Shown piece by piece: positions 29,348-39,046 of a stretch of DNA of 64,000 bases. A program made the translations under genes and the position numbers. The notes under the pieces are model-generated. The model worked only from the letters and a program-made list of their open reading frames with translations. It searched no databases and had not been told where the DNA came from. Within the stretch, counting starts at the first letter, position 1, and the number at the start of each line of letters is the position of its first letter. Location: positions 96,001-160,000 of IMG/VR virus record IMGVR_UViG_3300032293_001706; one strand, given 5' to 3'. Origin of the DNA: a virus.

Positions 29348-32271
29348 TGACTAGAATAGTTGTTCCAAATACAGGTGCGGGATTTAATAGTCCTACTGAA
29401 AATTTAGTAGGTTTTCAGTCAGTGCAAGGTGGTGGTTTGACAAATACAAACTTCACATTTGATTATGGTATTACTGAAAAGATAAATCAAGAATATCAAA
29501 CAGGTGTATTTTCAGAACCTATTACACTTTCTACGTTAAACATTGAAACAATTGAGGAAGCAAGAGTTACTGCATCCAAAGATTTAAAAGTATATCCAAA
29601 TTTTGATTTAACGGAAGTAACAAACTTCACACTATATGGTTCATTAACAAAAAGACTTGAAGTATCGTTAACACAAATTATCAATTTCTTTCCCGCAGCA
29701 CTTGAAGTTGACCAAGTGTATTATGATTACACAACAGGTTATACCGCAACAAATGTAATTTATAATCAGAATGAAGATTTTACAACATTTGATATTGATG
29801 TAACAAGAATAAAAAATATTTTCGATATTGATTATTCTGTTAATGCTGAAAGAAATATATTATTAAGACCAACACCTGTAAGTCCGTTAAGGGCACTTAC
29901 AACAAGATATCAAGACTATTCATTATTCATTTCAACTGGAAGTACAGAATATAGAGTAATTTTATTTGAACCTAGTGATAGTTTAACAACAGGAACAATA
30001 ACATTTACTGTTTCAGGTAATCCGTTTTCGAGTCAAACATCAATTATTGATTCACTTGTTATTAGACCTAGTAAGTTAAAAACTGAAATGGTTTTTGCAA
30101 ATGATTTTGATGAGGTTGAAAAATTCTTATTAAATAGATTTGTTACACCAAAATATACATCACAATTTAAAATACCTCGTCAAACAGATAATGGAACTTA
30201 TTATACTGCATATGAATATCTTACTTGGCCGTTATTTGGTATCTGGAATATTGATATCCTAACTGCGGCATATGATTCATATGTTGAACAATTGGCACAA
30301 TTTGGTGCTGAAATAGATGATTTTAAAACAAACTTAATAAGTAGGTTTTTAACAACAGGAGCGTTTCATGAATTTGATACTCCTGACCAAAAAATTGAAA
30401 AGGTTCTTCAAATTTATTCAAGAAGTTTCGATGAAACAAAAAAATTCATTGACGCATTGGCAACAATGACTTCTGTTTCATATGTATCAGGTGATGACAT
30501 TCCATCGGCATTATTGATATATTTGGCAAAAACATTAGGATGGGATACAAACATATCTCCAATTTCAAATGAAGATTTTCTAAAATCGGTTTATGGGGTT
30601 AAAAATAAATCAATTTATGAAGGTTGGACAAGAGACCAAACACCAACAGAATTAAATTTTAAATATTATAATAAATTAATTTTAAATTCCGCTCACTTAT
30701 ATCGTTCAAAAGGAACAAGACGTTCAATTGAATTCTTAATGAAAACTATTGGCGCTCCACAAGCACTTGTCGAATATAATGAAACAATTTATGTTGCGGA
30801 TAGAACCATTAAATATTCAGATTTTTTAACTAAATATGCTAAAATATCTGGAGGTACATATGTTCAGAACATACCAGGATATTTGGTAGGAAGTGAATAT
30901 AAGTTTAAAGGACAAACATATACCGCCTTTACAACAAGTCAAAGTATTACAAATTCTCAATTTACATTAAATGATTATCCAATAAATGAAGATGGGTATC
31001 CTATAATGCCACAAGCAACTGATGACTTCTTTTTCCAAAAAGGAGGAGGATGGTATCAACAAACAAAGTTTCATAATTCAGGACAACAAGCGGTTGTAAC
31101 TAACCAAAATTTCACAGGTGAAAGTCCAAACTCACAACTTCAAACAATACCACCGTCATATGGGACAGATTATTTAAATAGGTTTATAAACTTTCCAAAT
31201 ATGGATGGTCTTGGTTTTAATCTAAGACAAGTTAAAACAAATGATAAATCAACATACACAACATCAAGTTCATTTGATTCAAATACATTGGTTGTTAATA
31301 CAAAAAATGTTGATTTATTTTTAAATGTTGGACAAGGTATTACATATAGTGTATGGGAAAATTCACGAGACGAAGAATATCCAATACCATATTCAGGACT
31401 TTCAAATCCATATCCAACACCAGGAAATTTAGATTGGACGGTTATAAATCCACAACCACAAATTGAAACTTTCGCAGAATTTGCACAAACATTCTATAAA
31501 AACATGATAAATGTAAGAAACAGATGGTATACCACAGATGGTAAATCATCGGGTTATCCAACATTACAATCTGTTTATTGGAATTACTTACAATCATTAG
31601 AAAAGGCGGGTATTGACATTAGTCATTACACCTATCAAAAAATGATTGATTATACTATAGGTATTGGTGACTATTGGACAAAATTGGTGGAACAAACAGT
31701 ACCATCAACAACAATATGGAATGGAGGTATAAAATATGAGAATTCCGCTTTTCACAGACAAAAATATGTTTATAGAAGACAAAGAGGATGTATCTTTACT
31801 GCGGTTCCATGTACTCCATGTCAAGCAATAGGACCGATATTTATGAATGATTGTATTGATGAAACAATTTCAGGGGCAACATATCCTTGGAGTGGAACAT
31901 CATCAACAATAGAGTCATTTTCAGACGCATTAATTAAATCTGTTAATCAAGTTTTATCATCAAGTGGTTATACATTATCAGAATGTGTAAAAGAATCTTT
32001 AACTTCAATATGGTATGTTGATTTGAGATTAGACAATACTGTTTTGGTTCAAGAACCGTTTTATACAGGGTATGGTATAAATGATATTCCAAGTGATAGT
32101 GATTGGTTGACCGCTCTTGAAAACAAACTTATGTATCTTTATCAATACGGATTAAATTATAATGTAAACGCTGAAAGAGTCATATTATCAAATTCAGGTT
32201 GTATGGAACTATTTACAAACAAGACCTTATCATTAAATGTAGGTATAAACGTATCAATCAATTGTAATTAA
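29347..32271 (+). CDS. Baseplate wedge protein gp7/tail-I-like, 974 aa
   Basis: LIYLAKTLGW..LYRSKGTRRSIEFLMKTIG resembles the gp7/P2 gpI conserved core. Confidence 0.6.
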   Translation: MTRIVVPNTGAGFNSPTENLVGFQSVQGGGLTNTNFTFDYGITEKINQEYQTGVFSEPITLSTLNIETIEEARVTASKDLKVYPNFDLTEVTNFTLYGSLTKRLEVSLTQIINFFPAALEVDQVYYDYTTGYTATNVIYNQNEDFTTFDIDVTRIKNIFDIDYSVNAERNILLRPTPVSPLRALTTRYQDYSLFISTGSTEYRVILFEPSDSLTTGTITFTVSGNPFSSQTSIIDSLVIRPSKLKTEMVFANDFDEVEKFLLNRFVTPKYTSQFKIPRQTDNGTYYTAYEYLTWPLFGIWNIDILTAAYDSYVEQLAQFGAEIDDFKTNLISRFLTTGAFHEFDTPDQKIEKVLQIYSRSFDETKKFIDALATMTSVSYVSGDDIPSALLIYLAKTLGWDTNISPISNEDFLKSVYGVKNKSIYEGWTRDQTPTELNFKYYNKLILNSAHLYRSKGTRRSIEFLMKTIGAPQALVEYNETIYVADRTIKYSDFLTKYAKISGGTYVQNIPGYLVGSEYKFKGQTYTAFTTSQSITNSQFTLNDYPINEDGYPIMPQATDDFFFQKGGGWYQQTKFHNSGQQAVVTNQNFTGESPNSQLQTIPPSYGTDYLNRFINFPNMDGLGFNLRQVKTNDKSTYTTSSSFDSNTLVVNTKNVDLFLNVGQGITYSVWENSRDEEYPIPYSGLSNPYPTPGNLDWTVINPQPQIETFAEFAQTFYKNMINVRNRWYTTDGKSSGYPTLQSVYWNYLQSLEKAGIDISHYTYQKMIDYTIGIGDYWTKLVEQTVPSTTIWNGGIKYENSAFHRQKYVYRRQRGCIFTAVPCTPCQAIGPIFMNDCIDETISGATYPWSGTSSTIESFSDALIKSVNQVLSSSGYTLSECVKESLTSIWYVDLRLDNTVLVQEPFYTGYGINDIPSDSDWLTALENKLMYLYQYGLNYNVNAERVILSNSGCMELFTNKTLSLNVGINVSINCN

Positions 32272-34391
32272 TGGCTAATTTTTTATATAATTTTTCAGTA
32301 ACTGGTGATTGTAATAATTCAGGCTCAGGAGCCATTAATATATCTTTATCGGGTGGTGTTGCACCATATACAGTAGATTGGGTAAATCCTAACTTAGGTT
32401 CAGGTAGCACAAAAACAGGATTAAATTCAGGGACATATGTTGTTCGTGTAAACGATTCATTAGGGGATACAAATAATGAGTTTTATATTAATATAATTGT
32501 TTCAAGTGGAGGATGTTTAAATGTATCAACAGTTTCAGGAACAACTTGTGGAGAAAATAACGGAGTTGTTACTTTAAGTGGAACTTCAAATGCATATCCA
32601 ATTACAATTAAATTATTTAGTGGTACGACAGAAGTATTATCAGGTATAACATATAATGGTGTGTTAAGTTTTACAAATGTACCTTCAGGTGTATTCAGAG
32701 CGTATTACCAAGATTATGGTGGTTGTAGTGGGTATTCAGAATCGATTATCGTCCAACCATCAAGTGAACTTGATTGGGGATTTTATGTTGTAGACAATAC
32801 TAGTTGTTATGGTAATGTTGGTAAGTTACAAATAACAGGACTTACGGGTACTGCTCCATATACATACTTATGGAATAACGGTCAGACAGGAACAACAATA
32901 ACTGGATTAACAGCAGATACATACTCTGTCACAATAACAGATTATTATGGTTGTCAAAAAACGAAAAGTGCAACTGTAAATAATGCTGACCCATTAACAA
33001 TTGCCTCAATAACCGCAACAAATCCAACTTGTTTTTCGGGTAATGGGACGGTTACATTAATACTTACGGGAGGTACGGGACCTTTCTTCTATTCAGGTAG
33101 TAATGGTACAACATTAATTTCATATGCAACACAAGTAACATTTTCAGGTTTCACACCTGGTGTTGCAACTTTTCTTGTTACTGACGCTACTTTATGTAAT
33201 ACAACTAGCTCGGTTTATTTACAAGCAGATGCGGGATTCACAGTAACTAACATACTTGTTAAAAATTCTACATGTTCAGTAGAAGGTGGAAGTGTTACAG
33301 TAAATGTGGTTGGGAATGGTCCATTTACATATACTTTAATATATCCTGACTCAACAACAAATGTAGTAACTCAAGTTTCACCAACAATAGTATATGACAA
33401 TTTAGATGAAGGCGAATATACAATTGTAATTGAAAATACGACAGGATGTCAATATAGTCAGACATTTAATGTTTACACTCAAGATAAATTTTCCGCAACA
33501 ACTTTTGTAACTGGAACGACTTGTGGATTAAACAATGGTATATGTTATCTTGAAGTTGGAAGCGGATATACAGGACTACTTGATTTTATTATAACAAGAA
33601 ATGACATACCGTTAATCCAATATGTTGATGTTGCATTTTCATCAGTAACGTTTAACAATTTATCTTCAGGAAATTATAAAATACAAATTAGAGACGAGGA
33701 TAATTGTTCGGTTTATAGAAACATAACAATTCAATCATCAAATAGTTTAGAATATATTTTGGTTCCAACAAGTTGTGGTAATAACAACAACGAAGGAACG
33801 ATAACTACCACAATATTTAACGGAACACCACCTTATACTTATCAATGGTCTGAAAACGCAAATAACGCTACCACACAGAATCTAACAGGATTAAGTGGTG
33901 GGACATATACTTTAACAATAACAGATTATTCAGGATGTAGTTTAACTAAAAGTGTTATTGTACCTTGTACACCACTTGTTTCAGGTTATGTTTATTTATC
34001 AGTTTTATCAGATGGATTTACGGTAACACCAAATTCTGAAAGAGATTTTTCATCTATGGTATCTGAAGGTTTTTACGATTTAACAACAGGTAATACAAAT
34101 TGTATTTTATCTTCTGCGACATATACAGCATTTGTTGAAGTAAGTGGAACAACATATACACAACCATTCTTCACAGGAACGACATTAAGTGGAGTCCCAA
34201 CAGAGTCACAATGGATACAAGCACTTGAAACAATATTGTCAGGGGTTACGGGTGTTAGCACATATACTTTTGATACCGTTAATAATGTTGTAACAGTTAA
34301 ATCAGTTTGTAATGGTACTGAAGATGATTTAAGTGATTCAGAGTTTGTAATAGGATTAACTATTGATTATAATATTAATTGTGAAACTTAA
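32271..34391 (+). CDS. SprB-repeat fibre/adhesin-like protein
   Basis: Repeated GG..PYTY.W.NG.T..T.TGL.AGTY.VTITD..GC Ig-like SprB units. Confidence 0.75.
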   Translation: MANFLYNFSVTGDCNNSGSGAINISLSGGVAPYTVDWVNPNLGSGSTKTGLNSGTYVVRVNDSLGDTNNEFYINIIVSSGGCLNVSTVSGTTCGENNGVVTLSGTSNAYPITIKLFSGTTEVLSGITYNGVLSFTNVPSGVFRAYYQDYGGCSGYSESIIVQPSSELDWGFYVVDNTSCYGNVGKLQITGLTGTAPYTYLWNNGQTGTTITGLTADTYSVTITDYYGCQKTKSATVNNADPLTIASITATNPTCFSGNGTVTLILTGGTGPFFYSGSNGTTLISYATQVTFSGFTPGVATFLVTDATLCNTTSSVYLQADAGFTVTNILVKNSTCSVEGGSVTVNVVGNGPFTYTLIYPDSTTNVVTQVSPTIVYDNLDEGEYTIVIENTTGCQYSQTFNVYTQDKFSATTFVTGTTCGLNNGICYLEVGSGYTGLLDFIITRNDIPLIQYVDVAFSSVTFNNLSSGNYKIQIRDEDNCSVYRNITIQSSNSLEYILVPTSCGNNNNEGTITTTIFNGTPPYTYQWSENANNATTQNLTGLSGGTYTLTITDYSGCSLTKSVIVPCTPLVSGYVYLSVLSDGFTVTPNSERDFSSMVSEGFYDLTTGNTNCILSSATYTAFVEVSGTTYTQPFFTGTTLSGVPTESQWIQALETILSGVTGVSTYTFDTVNNVVTVKSVCNGTEDDLSDSEFVIGLTIDYNINCET

Positions 34392-35626
34392 TGGCGTCTA
34401 GATTAATAATACAAAATATAACAGGAACAACACCTTATTATGTGTATGTATGTGATGTGTTTGAAACATTATGTGAATATCTCGGAGTGTTAACAGGAAC
34501 AACTTTGGGTAGAACTTTCACTCTATCTTCATTATATGACACAGCACCGATAATTAGAGTTAAATTAATCGATAATAATGGTTGCGAAGTAAAAAAAGAT
34601 ATTTCGTGTGATGAAAATTGTACTTTCCAATTGGAAATATACAGCGTAGATGATAATATATGTTTGGCTTCTCCAACACCTACACCAACGGTTACTCCAA
34701 CAATCACACCATCAATAACACCAACACCATCTGTAACACCAACAGTTACTCCAACAACATCTATAACACCTACACCAACGGTTACTCCAACAATCACACC
34801 GACACCATCACCTACTTGTCCAGCAGCGGCATCGATAGTTAGTGATGGGTTGGTTGCATATTTGGACCCTGCAATTTGTAATGGTTTTACACAAGCGACA
34901 AACACATTAGAAGATGCCACGGGTAATTTTAGTGGGGATAATTTTGACTTGAGGGCTTATGTAAGACCAACAACTAGTACATCAACATTATATACTGGCA
35001 CCTCAATTTATAGTAACATTGGTGGGGGTTCGCTAACTATTAGTGCATCAACAGGGTATTTTTACGAACAAGTGAATCCATATGGATACAGTGCATATTC
35101 ATTCTCAATATGGTTTTACCCATTTAATAATATTACAAGTGCAACATCTGCAAATAATCTATTAGAACTTAGAACGTATCCTAATGCTAGTGGAATTCAA
35201 TACTTAGGTCTTGGTAATGTAACAGGACCTTCAGTGTTAAACGGTGAAATTGTTACAATATTGGGGGATTATCTTCAACCAGGAAATACATATCCTAGAA
35301 CTGCAGTAATGTCATCAGCATTTACCCAATTTAGTGCAAATACTTGGTATAACGTAACATGTAATTGGAATAGTGGTTCATCAAGATATGATATTTATAT
35401 CAACAATATACTTAGAACGGTTGTTAATTCAAGTGGGGGGAATGTTCCTGTAATAAACGCTAACTTATTAGTTGTTGGTGCGGTATGGGGTGATGGTCAA
35501 ATTTCAACCGCCGCAAGAAATATTTTTACGGGTAACATCGGTGAAATGCATTTCTATAATAAAGCTCTAACAGGTGCTGAGTTAACTCAAAATTACGACG
35601 CATTAAAAACAAGATACGGTTATTAA
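34391..35626 (+). CDS. Fibre protein: Cys-containing N-domain, Pro-Thr linker, LamG/ConA-like domain
   Basis: (PT)n tract, then SIVSDGLVAYLD...FSIWFY...WYNVTCNW..FTGNIGEMHFYNKALTGAELTQNY. Confidence 0.75.
   Translation: MASRLIIQNITGTTPYYVYVCDVFETLCEYLGVLTGTTLGRTFTLSSLYDTAPIIRVKLIDNNGCEVKKDISCDENCTFQLEIYSVDDNICLASPTPTPTVTPTITPSITPTPSVTPTVTPTTSITPTPTVTPTITPTPSPTCPAAASIVSDGLVAYLDPAICNGFTQATNTLEDATGNFSGDNFDLRAYVRPTTSTSTLYTGTSIYSNIGGGSLTISASTGYFYEQVNPYGYSAYSFSIWFYPFNNITSATSANNLLELRTYPNASGIQYLGLGNVTGPSVLNGEIVTILGDYLQPGNTYPRTAVMSSAFTQFSANTWYNVTCNWNSGSSRYDIYINNILRTVVNSSGGNVPVINANLLVVGAVWGDGQISTAARNIFTGNIGEMHFYNKALTGAELTQNYDALKTRYGY
34670..34816 (+). repeat. Pro-Thr mucin-like tandem repeat
   Basis: SPTPTPTVTPTITPSITPTPSVTPT..., including a duplicated acacctacaccaacggttactccaacaatcacacc. 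Confidence 0.9.
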
Positions 35627-35642
35627 AAAAAAATAATAACCA

Positions 35643-35649
35643 TATTTAT
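35643..35649 (+). promoter_or_regulatory. TATTTAT putative late promoter
   Basis: Upstream of the ATG at 35655. Confidence 0.5.
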
Positions 35650-35654
35650 TATAT

Positions 35655-36704
35655 ATGCCAACAACAAGACCTTTTGCATACAACACAGGTTCAACAATAT
35701 CAGGAACAGAACAAGTAGGAAATCTTGCGATAGGTCTTCAAGCTCAAGATTATTCATCAAATATTGGGGGTGTGAAATGGTGGATGGGACCTGATGAAGA
35801 TTTGGGGTATGTTATTGTTCACCAAACTGTAAGTGGTAATCAACCAAATCCTTTAGGTGTACCAGCATATGTTGGTTTTTGGAGAACTTCAGAAAAAACC
35901 GAACAAAGTTTTATTGGTTTGTCAAATTGGGTCGCAGCCGGAACCACCGCATTTACAACAGGAGACCAAGCGAAAATATGGTTAAATAGTAATGGATATT
36001 GGACATCATTTTCAACTGAAGGTAATATCATTCAAGACGACTTATTTATGGAATTAGATGCGTCAAATTATGTTAGTGGTGAATGGGTTGATGAAACAGG
36101 AAATGGTAATAACGCAACAATTAATGGGGCGACATGGGTATCAACAGATGGAGGCATTTTTGATTTGGATGGTATTAATGATAATATTCTCATCCCACAT
36201 AACTCATCGTTATCGCTATCGACAACAACTCAAAAAACAATTCAAGTTTGGGTTAAATTTGATACTTTGGGTGGATTAAGTCAACAAATTCCTGTTTTTG
36301 GAAAACTATCATCAAGCTTTGGATTTGATGGATATTGGGGAGGATTATTTTCAAATGGAGGTGTTATCAGGTGTGTAACAAATGGTACTGCAATACAAAG
36401 AGTATCCAATTCAACACTCACTGTAACAATAAATACGTGGTATTTAATTACATTTATTTCTCAAATAACATCAACATCAAATACAACTAAAGTATATATA
36501 AATGATATTGAATATATTACAACAGCACATGGTTCAGATACCTATAATGAATCAAATCCTTTATATTTAGGGTTTATAGGGACTGGAGTTGGTTCTCTTT
36601 ATCTTAATGGTAAAATAGGTGCATGTTATTTTTATACGAAAGGATTAACTTCTGATGAAGTTTCCACAAATTACAACACAACCAAATCAAAATATGGACT
36701 ATAA
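35655..36704 (+). CDS. LamG/ConA-like lectin domain virion protein
   Basis: LFMELDASNY..WVDETGNGNNAT..FDLDGIND..TIQVWVK..LNGKIGACYFYTKGLT. Confidence 0.75.
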   Translation: MPTTRPFAYNTGSTISGTEQVGNLAIGLQAQDYSSNIGGVKWWMGPDEDLGYVIVHQTVSGNQPNPLGVPAYVGFWRTSEKTEQSFIGLSNWVAAGTTAFTTGDQAKIWLNSNGYWTSFSTEGNIIQDDLFMELDASNYVSGEWVDETGNGNNATINGATWVSTDGGIFDLDGINDNILIPHNSSLSLSTTTQKTIQVWVKFDTLGGLSQQIPVFGKLSSSFGFDGYWGGLFSNGGVIRCVTNGTAIQRVSNSTLTVTINTWYLITFISQITSTSNTTKVYINDIEYITTAHGSDTYNESNPLYLGFIGTGVGSLYLNGKIGACYFYTKGLTSDEVSTNYNTTKSKYGL

Positions 36705-36708
36705 CTAA

Positions 36709-37056
36709 ATGAACTCAAAAATATACATAACATCAGTTTCAGGTTCATCGCCATATTCATTTTATATGTGTGGAATTAATTTGGAAAATTGTACATTTCT
36801 TGGAACGGGAAGTACCACGACACCAACATTAACATTTTTACCAGCAACAATTTTTGCGGGAGCATCACAAGTAATTTTAAAAATGATTGATGCAAACAAT
36901 TGTGAAATTTTTAAAGTATTAGATTGCGATTCAAATTGTACGTTTGATATTATAATATATGATTATGAAACATATTCTTGTCTATCTAAAGTTTCAATTT
37001 TACAAGAAAATGGATTTTTTATCTTACAAGAAAATGGTGACAAGATACTTATATAA
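36709..37056 (+). CDS. Small fibre-associated protein sharing the N-domain of 34391 and 54231
   Basis: Alignable ITSVSGSSPYSFYMC..C.FLG..KMIDANNCE; C-terminal duplicated ILQENG motif. Confidence 0.6.
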   Translation: MNSKIYITSVSGSSPYSFYMCGINLENCTFLGTGSTTTPTLTFLPATIFAGASQVILKMIDANNCEIFKVLDCDSNCTFDIIIYDYETYSCLSKVSILQENGFFILQENGDKILI

Positions 37057-37072
37057 TATAAATTAAAATAAT

Positions 37073-37492
37073 ATGCCAGATTTAAGAATATCGCAACTAC
37101 CGTTTATTACTTCAGCAACAAAAAATTCATTATTTGTTGTGGTAGATTATACTGTTGAACCATCAGGAACAACAAGTTCGATGGCGTATTCATCCATAAC
37201 CAATAATACGGATTATTTGGTTACAGGTGTAACTTCTTCACATACCTTAACTTGGGATAAAACATATTGGGGGATAAGTGCAACAACAAATGTTGATTTA
37301 ACATTACCGAGTACAACAGGGAAAGAAGGTTATTTTTTAATTATAAAAGATGAAGCGGGAAGTTGCGGTTCATATAGAATAAGGTTAACACCATCATCAG
37401 GTACGATTGATGGAAGTTCATATGTTGATATGAACATAAATTATATGTCTCTGACTTGTTTGGTTAGAGGTGGTAATTGGTATTTAATTTAA
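37073..37492 (+). CDS. Small tail-fibre-associated protein
   Basis: Starts MPDLRISQLP. The LTLPS..G..LIIKDEAG..IDG..INYMSLT..GGNWYLI pattern is typical of fibre beta-domains. Confidence 0.55.
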   Translation: MPDLRISQLPFITSATKNSLFVVVDYTVEPSGTTSSMAYSSITNNTDYLVTGVTSSHTLTWDKTYWGISATTNVDLTLPSTTGKEGYFLIIKDEAGSCGSYRIRLTPSSGTIDGSSYVDMNINYMSLTCLVRGGNWYLI

Positions 37493-37493
37493 T

Positions 37494-38717
37494 ATGTCAT
37501 TTATATATAATAACTCAATAAAATATTCCGATAGTCCAAATTTGGATGCATTTGGTAGATTAAGAACAAGTAATGTTACTTCATTGTTGGAGTACATGCA
37601 CATACACGATAAGTTACCTCTAACTGTATCAGAATTAACCGCAGGAACGGCAACATCTGTATATGATAAAACTAATTCACAAGTTGTTATGAGTGTATCA
37701 ACAACCAATGATTTGGTTATAAGACAAGGTAAGTCAAGAGGCATATATCAACCAGGAAAAGGACAACTTGTTGAAGCAAGTTTTTCAAATTTTCAATTAC
37801 AGACAAATGTAATTAAAAGAGTTGGTTATTTTACTTCAACAACTGGTTCACCATATAATTCGGTTTTTGATGGATTTTTTCTTGAATCAAATGGTCAAAA
37901 CAATACGATATCCTTTCAGATATGGCATAGTGGTACGACGGTTTTAAGTGCGACAACATCTACTTGGTCAACAACAGACTACAATGTTTCAAATATTGAT
38001 TGGACAAAAACACAATTAATGTTTGTTGATTTTCAATGGTTAGGTGTTGGTAGACTTAGATTTGGATTGGTTATAGATGGCGAAGTTAAATTTTTTGTAA
38101 CAAACACGGCGGCAAATAATTTAACAACGGTTTATATGAAGTCACCAAATCAACCTATTAGGTATGAAATAAGAAGTTTAGGTTCAGGTAATTCAGGTAG
38201 TTTTAATATGATTTGTGCTCAAGTATCTTTGGAAGGTACAATAAATTCATTAAATAAATCAACCACAATTCAAGCATTTACCGCACAAACTAAACCAACC
38301 GCATATGTCACATATCCAATATTAGGATATAGAATTGGAGCGTCTTATAATGGTGCAAATATTACATTAAGTGATATTCAAACATTAAACATAACCAATC
38401 CATCAAAGGGTGACTACATAACAACAGTTCAATTAAATCCTACATTAAGTTCAGGTGTAACTTGGAGAACTATACCTAATACACCAATTGAATATGCGTT
38501 GTCAACAGGGCAAACAATAACAACTGAAGGACACATTATAACATCGTTTTTAGGTTCAGGAACTGGTACGCAAGTAGATTCTTTCGAATTTATGGATAAT
38601 ATGTTAAGACCTGGAATTAATGTAAATGGTACTTTTGATGAAGTTTGGTTGTGTATTAAATCAAATACTGGTAATCAGGATTATAGAGCCGCTATTAATT
38701 TAAGTTATTACGAATAA
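37494..38717 (+). CDS. Putative virion structural protein, 407 aa
   Basis: DAFGRLRTS, YQPGKG and FQWLGVGRLRFG motifs seen in phage structural proteins; operon position. Confidence 0.55.
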   Translation: MSFIYNNSIKYSDSPNLDAFGRLRTSNVTSLLEYMHIHDKLPLTVSELTAGTATSVYDKTNSQVVMSVSTTNDLVIRQGKSRGIYQPGKGQLVEASFSNFQLQTNVIKRVGYFTSTTGSPYNSVFDGFFLESNGQNNTISFQIWHSGTTVLSATTSTWSTTDYNVSNIDWTKTQLMFVDFQWLGVGRLRFGLVIDGEVKFFVTNTAANNLTTVYMKSPNQPIRYEIRSLGSGNSGSFNMICAQVSLEGTINSLNKSTTIQAFTAQTKPTAYVTYPILGYRIGASYNGANITLSDIQTLNITNPSKGDYITTVQLNPTLSSGVTWRTIPNTPIEYALSTGQTITTEGHIITSFLGSGTGTQVDSFEFMDNMLRPGINVNGTFDEVWLCIKSNTGNQDYRAAINLSYYE

Positions 38718-38719
38718 TA

Positions 38720-38980
38720 ATGGCATCAGCATATACATTAAATATTTTTGTTGTTAATACCGATTCGGGTTGTACAAATACAACAATTAGTTCACAAATT
38801 GTGACAACCGCATGCACTGAAGAATTTTTAATTAGAATCAGTCAATATTCAGATGCTCAAGGACCGTTTAACGTGTATACAGGGTCAACATCAACCACTG
38901 CAATTTTTTCAGGTAAAACAAGAACACAAATGATTGATGGTGTTCAAATTATTGTGAATAACAACGACCCAATCTGTTAA
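38720..38980 (+). CDS. Hypothetical protein, 86 aa
   Basis: Fills the operon gap. Confidence 0.55.
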   Translation: MASAYTLNIFVVNTDSGCTNTTISSQIVTTACTEEFLIRISQYSDAQGPFNVYTGSTSTTAIFSGKTRTQMIDGVQIIVNNNDPIC

Positions 38981-39017
38981 AATTGTTTTTTAATTAAAAA
39001 AAAAATAAAAACTTCAA

Positions 39018-39041
39018 TATTTATTTATTGAAAGTATTTAT
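39018..39041 (+). promoter_or_regulatory. Cluster of three TATTTAT motifs
   Basis: Copies at 39018, 39022 and 39035, upstream of the ATG at 39047. Confidence 0.55.
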
Positions 39042-39046
39042 TACCA

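Noticed and set aside
1-36704. Bacterial contractile injection system (eCIS/T6SS) rather than phage
   Set aside because: Baseplate genes are interleaved with phage-type SSB, RecA, helicase, RNR, a homing endonuclease and primase.
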